Below, piece by piece: positions 57,716 to 64,000 of a DNA stretch of 64,000 bases. The notes beneath the pieces were generated by a model. That model saw only the letters and a program-made list of their open reading frames with translations. It ran no database searches and was not told the DNA's origin. The stretch comes from a virus: IMG/VR virus record IMGVR_UViG_3300029319_000002, positions 64,001-128,000 of that record; one strand, given 5' to 3'. Made by a program: the position numbers and the translations under genes. Numbering within the stretch: position 1 is the stretch's first letter; each line of letters opens with the position of its first letter.

Positions 57716-59424
57716 TTATTTTTGAAAAAATTCGTTGGAAAAATTTCCTATCTACTGGAAATACATTTACTGAAGTTGAGTTGAACAAGGATACTACCAC
57801 TCTAATTGTTGGTACAAACGGTGCTGGTAAGTCAACCATTCTTGACGCACTTTGCTTTTCACTTTTCAACAAGTCTTTTCGTAAGATTAATAAGAATCAA
57901 CTCATTAACACTACAAATGAGAAGGGATGTATTGTTGAAGTTGAGTTTTCTATAGGTAGAAATAAGTATAAGATTATTCGTGGAATGAAACCTAATATTT
58001 TTGAAATTATCAAAGATGGAGAATCTCTGGATCAATCTTCAAACTCCATTGATCAACAAAAGTATCTTGAACAAACCATTCTAAAACTAAATTATAAATC
58101 TTTTACCCAGATTGTAATTCTAGGATCTTCTAACTTTGTACCATTTATGCAATTAAATCCTCAAAGTCGTAGAGAGGTCATTGAGGATTTACTTGATATT
58201 CGTATCTTCTCACATATGAATATGATTACAAAAGAAAGAATTCGTCAGTGTAAAGAAGATATCAAAGTATGTTCACTCAAGAGAAGTAATCTTGAAGATA
58301 AAGTGGAAATGCAAAAAAACTTTATCCAAGAAATAGAATCTAAGGGTAAACAAAATATTAGAGATAAGAAAGATAAACTCTCTGTTTTATCTAAGGAGGC
58401 ATTAGATCTTATTTCAAAAAATGAAGAAACTTCTAAGAAAGTTGATCATGTAAATTCTGAAATGAAAGAATATTCTAAAGCTACTAAGACCCTTAGGAAA
58501 ATGGGTGGTATCAAAGGAAAATTAGAAACTAAAAAAGAATCAGAATATAGTCAAGTTAATTTTTTCAATAAAAATTCGGTTTGCCCTACATGCACTCAAA
58601 ATATTGAAGAGTCATTTCGTGTAAATAAGATTGAAGAGTTAAATGCTTCCATCAAAAAATATGAAGATGGTCTTCAAGATCTGAGTGAAAAAATAAAAGA
58701 TGAGGAAGAGAGAGAGCAAAAGTTTCTAAATTTTTCAAAGGAGTTAAACAAACTAACGCATGATATTTCTAAAAACACTGCTAGAATTTGCGGAATCCAA
58801 AAGCAATCAAAAGATTTGGAGCAAGAAATTCAAAGCATTGCCAATTCAATACAGGACAGAAATACTCAGAATGAAATCTTAGATTCGTTAGAAGACTCTC
58901 TAGAGAATATCACATCTGAAATTTACGACAAGAAAGCAGATTTTGATAACTACGAACTAATTCACAATCTTCTCCGTGATGATGGAGTGAAGACTAAGAT
59001 TGTGAAGAAGTATCTTCCTGTTATCAATAAGCAAATTAATCGTTATCTTCAGTTGATGGATTTTTATGTCAACTTTAATCTGGATGAAGAGTTTAAAGAA
59101 ACCGTCCAGAGTCCCATTCATGAAGATTTTTCTTACACTTCATTCAGTGAAGGTGAGAAGATGAGAATTGACCTTGCACTTCTGTTTACTTGGAGAGAGA
59201 TTGCAAAATTAAAGAACTCTTCTAGCACCAATCTTTTGATTATGGATGAAGTATTTGATTCCTCCCTAGATACATATGGTACTGATGAATTTATGAAAAT
59301 TATTAGATATGTTGTAAAAGATTCTAATGTTTTTGTAATTTCTCATAAGAGTGAAGTTTTTGATAAATTTGACTCTGTAATCAAGTTTGATAAAGTTAAA
59401 GGATTTAGTTCTATAGTAGAGTGA
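57712..59424 (+). CDS. g46: Recombination ATPase gp46 (Rad50/SbcC-like)
   Basis: GTNGAGKST, CPTC zinc hook, FSEGEK signature and IMDEVFD. Confidence 0.96.
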   Translation: MIIFEKIRWKNFLSTGNTFTEVELNKDTTTLIVGTNGAGKSTILDALCFSLFNKSFRKINKNQLINTTNEKGCIVEVEFSIGRNKYKIIRGMKPNIFEIIKDGESLDQSSNSIDQQKYLEQTILKLNYKSFTQIVILGSSNFVPFMQLNPQSRREVIEDLLDIRIFSHMNMITKERIRQCKEDIKVCSLKRSNLEDKVEMQKNFIQEIESKGKQNIRDKKDKLSVLSKEALDLISKNEETSKKVDHVNSEMKEYSKATKTLRKMGGIKGKLETKKESEYSQVNFFNKNSVCPTCTQNIEESFRVNKIEELNASIKKYEDGLQDLSEKIKDEEEREQKFLNFSKELNKLTHDISKNTARICGIQKQSKDLEQEIQSIANSIQDRNTQNEILDSLEDSLENITSEIYDKKADFDNYELIHNLLRDDGVKTKIVKKYLPVINKQINRYLQLMDFYVNFNLDEEFKETVQSPIHEDFSYTSFSEGEKMRIDLALLFTWREIAKLKNSSSTNLLIMDEVFDSSLDTYGTDEFMKIIRYVVKDSNVFVISHKSEVFDKFDSVIKFDKVKGFSSIVE

Positions 59425-60128
59425 ATATGTTTAATCCAGATTTTGAGGTAATTAAAGTTTTTTCTAAAAAGACCGCAAGAAAAATAGTAGATCATATAAA
59501 GAAAGAGGGTGAGTGGCAAGATGGATTAAAGTCCACTCATGGAATGACAAATGAAACTAAGAATAATTTAGAATTAAAAAATTGTACTGAGTATGCAGAA
59601 TATATCAGACAAAAATTAAAGGGAGTTGACAAATATGAAATGTTTGCCTTGAGAAGTTCTACTACAACTCCAATTATTAGTAAAACTGGTGTTGGTCAAT
59701 ACTATAACCTACACACTGATGACCCCATAGTTGGTGACATTAGTACCACAACTTTTCTATCAAATCCTTCTGACTATGAAGGTGGAGAATTGTGTATATT
59801 CATTGGTGGTGAAGTTAAAAAATTTAAACTGGATGCTGGTTGGGCAGTAGTTTATAATCGAGGAGTTCCTCATCAAGTTCAAACAGTTACTTCTGGAGAG
59901 AGAATTGTTGCTGTCAATTGGTGTAGAAGTATGATTGGAGACTACTCTAAAAGAGTTAAAGTTAGAAAACTTTTTCATCTCAGAGAGAGATTAAAGCAGG
60001 AATTTCCAGAATTTAAAAAAGATAAATCTCTTTCTATTGAAGAAGGTCTTGATGATCCATGGTGGTTACTACATGATTTGTGTAGTGAGACTATGAATGA
60101 ATATCGACAGGACATACGGACCAATTAG
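59421..60128 (+). CDS. 2OG-Fe(II) oxygenase, PKHD-type hydroxylase-like
   Basis: HTD, STTTFLS.P.DYEGGEL and PHQVQTVTSGERIVAV.W. Confidence 0.88.
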   Translation: MNMFNPDFEVIKVFSKKTARKIVDHIKKEGEWQDGLKSTHGMTNETKNNLELKNCTEYAEYIRQKLKGVDKYEMFALRSSTTTPIISKTGVGQYYNLHTDDPIVGDISTTTFLSNPSDYEGGELCIFIGGEVKKFKLDAGWAVVYNRGVPHQVQTVTSGERIVAVNWCRSMIGDYSKRVKVRKLFHLRERLKQEFPEFKKDKSLSIEEGLDDPWWLLHDLCSETMNEYRQDIRTN

Positions 60129-60175
60129 TAAACTGTCCACTCCACCCCTGACTCTGCCCTATTCTGCTCTATACT
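60118..60175 (+). promoter_or_regulatory. Dyad-box promoter, copy 4: GGACCA-N10-TGTCCAC, then TATACT
   Basis: Repeated architecture; GAGGAG RBS before ATG 60199. Confidence 0.6.
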
Positions 60176-60198
60176 AAGTGCATACAAGAGGAGTTACC

Positions 60199-62313
60199 AT
60201 GTCAGTCAACTACGAAATCAAGTCTCAACTTGCTAAACTGCTTGCTACTGAGGATCTTCTGGTAGAGCACAAGAAAGTCGAGACGGCATCTTTCAATGTT
60301 GATACTAGGGTTCTGACACTTCCAATGTGGGATAAGGCATCTAATGGTGTGTATGATCTTCTGGTAGCACATGAAGTTGGTCATGCATTGTTCACTCCAA
60401 ACATTGATTGGACAGAAAAGGTGAATATTCCTCCGATGTTTGTGAACATTGTTGAGGATGCTCGTATTGAAAAACTGATGAAACGCAAATACGCTGGTCT
60501 TCCTAAAACATTCTATCGTGGTTATAAAGAACTTAATGATGAAGATTTCTTCTCCATCGAAGAGCATGGTGTTGATAAGTATGGTCTTGCAGACAAAGTA
60601 AATCTCTACTTTAAGATTGGCAATTTTGTTGATATTTCTTTTGATAGTATTGAAGAAACTCATATTGTTAGTTTAATTAGTAATGCAGAAACTTTTGATG
60701 AAGTTCTAGAAGCATCCGAGATTCTTTACAAGTATTGTAAAAATGAAAAAGAAGAACAATCCAAAGTAAAAAATCTTGATGATCATGAGAAAGAACATGG
60801 TTCTTCTTCGGGAGAAACTGAAAACACCGATGACTCAGAATCTGAGCAAGACTCCGATCAAAGTTTCGATCAGGATACTGAAGAGATGGATGAGGATACT
60901 ACTGATAAAGAAATGACTGATGCTGAGCAAGAATCAACAACTTCTGATGAACCTGAAGTTGAAACAATGAACTCTCTTGATCAGAAGTTGAAGGATCTCA
61001 GTACTCTTGAGGGTTATGAAACTCAATACCTTGAACTTCCTGAGATTGATCTTGACAACTTCATCATCTCCAACAGTAAAATTCATGGAGAACTTGATGA
61101 TTTCTTCAAAACTGGGGAAACTGATTTTGATGATGTTGACGGCAAATATAATGAGTTCAAAAAGTCTGCACAGAAAGAAGTGAACTATCTTGTAAAAGAA
61201 TTTGAATGCAAGAAGTCAGCAGATGCCTACGCACGATCTTTTACATCACGCACCGGAGTTCTTGATACATCCAAACTTCATACTTACAAATATAATGAAG
61301 ACCTTTTCAAGAAAGTAAATATTGTTCCTGATGGTAAGAATCATGGACTAATCTTCATTATTGATTGGTCTGGATCTATGGGTCATTACATGATGGATAC
61401 TATCAAACAACTTTTTAATCTTGTTTGGTTCTGTCAAAAGGTCAAAATTCCTTTTGATGTTTATGCATTCTCCAATTCATATAAGTGTGTTGAGTATGAT
61501 GAAGATGGTAACAGTGTATATCCCAAACAACATCATGATCGTGAGGTAGGTAAGTTTTATGTTCCTGATGATGTTTGTTTGATCAATCTTCTCACTGGTG
61601 GATTGAACAACAAAAACTTTGAGAAACAGATGCTGAATGTTTGGAGGAATGTATACGCAATGCGTTTTTATGCAGGATTCCAACCTTATCACCGTCTCAG
61701 TCTTGGTGGAACTCCTCTGAATGAGGCATTGGTTTCTTTACATCAGATTATTCCACAATTCAAGAATAGTAATGGAGTACAGAAAGTTCAGTGTATTGTT
61801 CTTACTGATGGTGAAGGTGGTCACCTGAGGACTTTCAAGAAAGTGAAGTCATACTATGATGGATCTGACGATATTCGTCCTTGGACTATTTCCTATAATT
61901 CATATCTACGCAATCGTAAAACTGGTTATGTATATAAAGTCCCTGAACGGTTTAACGAGTTCACTGATATGCTATTGACAGATCTTCGACAATCATTCAA
62001 AGACACTAACTTTATCGGCATTCGTATTCTGAGTGGAACTGATTTTAGTCGAATGAATCGTATCTACAATGTTAACATCGAGGAAAATGGAAGAATTATG
62101 AATACTTGGAAGAAGCAGAAGTCTGCAGTATTTTATAACTCTGGATATCATGCATACTTTATGCTGTCAACAAATGCTCTTCAGAACGAGTCTCAATTTG
62201 AAGTTTCTGATAATGCAACTAAAGTTCAAATCAAGAATGCATTTCAGAAATCCTTGAAGTCTAAGAAGATGAACAAAAAAATTCTTACTGAGTTCGTAGA
62301 GCTTGTTGCATGA
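60199..62313 (+). CDS. HEXXH-motif + acidic linker + VWA-domain protein (CobT-like partner of the AAA+ ATPase)
   Basis: AHEVGH, NIVEDARIE, MIDAS-type IDWSGSM, GGTPL and VLTDGEG. Confidence 0.8.
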   Translation: MSVNYEIKSQLAKLLATEDLLVEHKKVETASFNVDTRVLTLPMWDKASNGVYDLLVAHEVGHALFTPNIDWTEKVNIPPMFVNIVEDARIEKLMKRKYAGLPKTFYRGYKELNDEDFFSIEEHGVDKYGLADKVNLYFKIGNFVDISFDSIEETHIVSLISNAETFDEVLEASEILYKYCKNEKEEQSKVKNLDDHEKEHGSSSGETENTDDSESEQDSDQSFDQDTEEMDEDTTDKEMTDAEQESTTSDEPEVETMNSLDQKLKDLSTLEGYETQYLELPEIDLDNFIISNSKIHGELDDFFKTGETDFDDVDGKYNEFKKSAQKEVNYLVKEFECKKSADAYARSFTSRTGVLDTSKLHTYKYNEDLFKKVNIVPDGKNHGLIFIIDWSGSMGHYMMDTIKQLFNLVWFCQKVKIPFDVYAFSNSYKCVEYDEDGNSVYPKQHHDREVGKFYVPDDVCLINLLTGGLNNKNFEKQMLNVWRNVYAMRFYAGFQPYHRLSLGGTPLNEALVSLHQIIPQFKNSNGVQKVQCIVLTDGEGGHLRTFKKVKSYYDGSDDIRPWTISYNSYLRNRKTGYVYKVPERFNEFTDMLLTDLRQSFKDTNFIGIRILSGTDFSRMNRIYNVNIEENGRIMNTWKKQKSAVFYNSGYHAYFMLSTNALQNESQFEVSDNATKVQIKNAFQKSLKSKKMNKKILTEFVELVA

Positions 62314-62344
62314 TAAATATTTGTATAAACATTAAAATGTAACA

Positions 62345-62506
62345 ATGGGAAGATTCGCACATCAGTTTTTGGGGGATGAACCTGCATCTCCCACCGTGGA
62401 AGTTTCCGAAGAAAAGGAACTTTTAACTGAGGTTCCAGAAACTACAGCACCTCTTCTTACAGAAAAACTTAAGAAGAAGAAAGTAATCAAAAAGAAAAGT
62501 ACTTGA
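62345..62506 (+). CDS. Small hypothetical protein, 53 aa
   Basis: Read directly; follows the late promoter ATAAATA at 62313-62319. Confidence 0.55.
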   Translation: MGRFAHQFLGDEPASPTVEVSEEKELLTEVPETTAPLLTEKLKKKKVIKKKST

Positions 62507-62516
62507 GGTGATTTAA

Positions 62517-62690
62517 ATGAGTAGATTCGGTGATTTACTTGGAGGTAAAACCCCAAAAAAAGTTTCTTTTGATGACATGTCAAAAAAAGAACTTGAGGAC
62601 TATGGTAGAACTGTTGGAATTGAGTTGGACCGTAGACACTCTCACAGCAGGTTAGTGCAGGAGTTGCGAGAGCATCTAGACAATCAGTAA
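62517..62690 (+). CDS. Small hypothetical protein, 57 aa (…MSKKELEDYGRTVGIELDRR…, HeH/Rho-N-like helical motif)
   Basis: Read directly; GAGG RBS. Confidence 0.6.
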   Translation: MSRFGDLLGGKTPKKVSFDDMSKKELEDYGRTVGIELDRRHSHSRLVQELREHLDNQ

Positions 62691-62735
62691 ACTGTCACAG
62701 CATCCTCTTTCGGGGGGTGCTTTTTCTTGTATAAT
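62677..62735 (+). promoter_or_regulatory. Dyad-box promoter, copy 5: TAGACA-N10-TGTCAC, then TATAAT
   Basis: Repeated architecture upstream of the AAA+ gene. Confidence 0.6.
62699..62725 (+). terminator. Terminator hairpin AGCATCCTC...GGGGGGTGCT followed by T5
   Basis: Stem with G-U pairs and a U-tract. Confidence 0.7.
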
Positions 62736-62763
62736 AACTTCAGTTGAAACAAACAACCTAATC

Positions 62764-63855
62764 ATGTCCATGTCTACAGAGTACATTTTGAGTTCTCTTC
62801 AAGCACTGTACGGCAGCAAGGTAACTTCCGCTGACATTCGTGGTTGGTGCAACATGAATGGCACTACTTACCAAACAGTTTCTAAAAAACTTTCCAACTA
62901 TAAAGTTGGTCACGGAAAATGGAATCTTGAGGTAACAAAAGAAACAGTTCAGGAATTGGAAGTATCGTATAATTCTCCTGCGGCACTGCCTGCGATTGAA
63001 CAAAACCTTATTCCTCAGAAAGATGATACCTTCGTCCAGTTTGGTAATTTCAGTGATATTAAAAAAATTATTAAATCCGGTCTATTCTATCCAACGTTCA
63101 TTACAGGACTCTCTGGCAACGGTAAAACGTTCTCTGTTGAACAAGCGTGTGCCCAACTCGGACGGGAACTCATCCGTGTAAACATTACTATTGAAACTGA
63201 TGAAGATGATCTTATTGGTGGTTTCCGCCTTGTTGATGGTGCAACCGTCTGGCACAATGGCCCAGTCATTGAAGCACTCGAACGAGGATCTATTCTGCTC
63301 CTTGACGAGATCGACCTTGCCTCTAATAAAATTCTCTGTCTCCAATCTATCCTTGAAGGAAATGGAGTCTTCCTTAAGAAGATCGGTAAGTTTGTTCGAC
63401 CAAGTGCAGGTTTCAATGTTATCGCAACCGCAAACACTAAAGGTAAAGGTTCAGACGATGGACGATTCATTGGAACTAACGTGCTCAATGAAGCGTTCCT
63501 TGAACGATTCCCTGTAACCTTTGAGCAAAATTATCCTAGTCCTGCTACTGAGCAAAAGATTCTTGAAGGTGTAGCAAAGAGTCTCAACGTAGTTGCTCCT
63601 GACTTTTGTAAAAGACTGGTTGATTGGGGTGACATTATCCGCAAAACTTTCTATGATGGTGGTGTTGATGAAGTTATTTCTACCCGTCGTCTTGTTCACA
63701 TTATTCGTGCTTACAGCATCTTTGGAAACAAGATGAAAGCTATTGATATCTGTACGGCACGTTTCGATGATGAAACGAAGCAATCCTTCATTGAACTTTA
63801 TGATGCTGTTGATGCAGATGTTGACATGAATGTTGCACAACCAGAACAAAACTGA
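62764..63855 (+). CDS. cobS: CobS/MoxR-family AAA+ ATPase
   Basis: GLSGNGKT, ETDEDDLIGG, LLLDEIDL, TANTKGKG and NEAFLERF. Confidence 0.9.
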   Translation: MSMSTEYILSSLQALYGSKVTSADIRGWCNMNGTTYQTVSKKLSNYKVGHGKWNLEVTKETVQELEVSYNSPAALPAIEQNLIPQKDDTFVQFGNFSDIKKIIKSGLFYPTFITGLSGNGKTFSVEQACAQLGRELIRVNITIETDEDDLIGGFRLVDGATVWHNGPVIEALERGSILLLDEIDLASNKILCLQSILEGNGVFLKKIGKFVRPSAGFNVIATANTKGKGSDDGRFIGTNVLNEAFLERFPVTFEQNYPSPATEQKILEGVAKSLNVVAPDFCKRLVDWGDIIRKTFYDGGVDEVISTRRLVHIIRAYSIFGNKMKAIDICTARFDDETKQSFIELYDAVDADVDMNVAQPEQN

Positions 63856-63861
63856 TATAAT
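63833..63861 (+). promoter_or_regulatory. Sigma70-type promoter TTGCAC-N17-TATAAT
   Basis: -35 at 63833-63838 and -10 at 63856-63861. Confidence 0.55.
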
Positions 63862-64000
63862 ATGACTAATTCTTGGTCTTTACTATTTGACGAACTGAAC
63901 ATGAATCATTCTACTGCTTATTTTGAATATGATCGCAATGATCCTGAACGTGAAAATCCATTTCCCGATGAAATCAATTTGAATTTAGATTCTCTCACTA
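63862..64000 (+). CDS. 5' part of a hypothetical protein running off the window
   Basis: Open frame from ATG 63862 (or 63901) to the edge. Confidence 0.55.
   Translation, partial: MTNSWSLLFDELNMNHSTAYFEYDRNDPERENPFPDEINLNLDSLT

Noticed and set aside
10453-63849. Numerous minus-strand and alternate-frame ORFs inside g6, g7, vrlC, g18-g23, g47, the VWA gene and cobS
   Set aside because: Fully nested in well-supported genes and explained by codon bias; no recognisable motifs. The exception is the Cys tail of the 52417-52881 frame, reported separately.
62764-63855. A functional cobaltochelatase subunit
   Set aside because: Only family-level similarity, and no cobN is present in the window; treated as a MoxR-type ATPase.
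1-64000. tRNA, rRNA, integrase/transposase or photosynthesis genes (psbA, hli)
   Set aside because: No cloverleaf or T-loop motifs in the intergenic gaps and no such protein motifs were recognised by eye; a tRNAscan run would confirm.

Overview
A 64-kb segment of a T4-like cyanomyovirus (Kyanoviridae-type) genome, almost entirely coded on the + strand. About 1-5.5 kb holds small early-type hypothetical genes, including an NblA-like ORF, a KTSC-like ORF and an inserted glycosyltransferase-like gene. About 5.5-8.4 kb is a junction with divergent promoters, a GT-A-fold protein and a cupin. About 8.4-53.4 kb is the virion module: g25, g6, a 4503-aa g7-like protein, g8, a VrlC-like protein, g13, g14, an inserted repeat fibre, g15, g16, a basic multi-module protein, g17-g20, an FG-GAP propeller, g21-g23 and g3. 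About 53.4-64 kb holds uvsY, uvsW, g55, g47, g46, a 2OG-Fe(II) oxygenase, a HEXXH/VWA protein and a CobS/MoxR-type AAA+ ATPase. No tRNA, rRNA, CRISPR array, intron, intein or integrase was seen. The most notable observations are: (i) a CCGSGCPTCPY metal-binding-type motif in the +1 frame immediately behind the major capsid stop codon, running through the terminator and with no nearby ATG; (ii) a dyad box at a fixed distance from -10 elements at five promoters; (iii) back-to-back sigma70 promoters, one firing antisense at uvsW next to g55; (iv) a duplicated g21 5' end bracketing an inserted ORF; (v) a GC-richer fibre-domain cassette splitting a module of g7; (vi) a basic polyprotein punctuated by gp21-type cleavage sites. 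All family assignments come from motif recognition and synteny, not from database searches.
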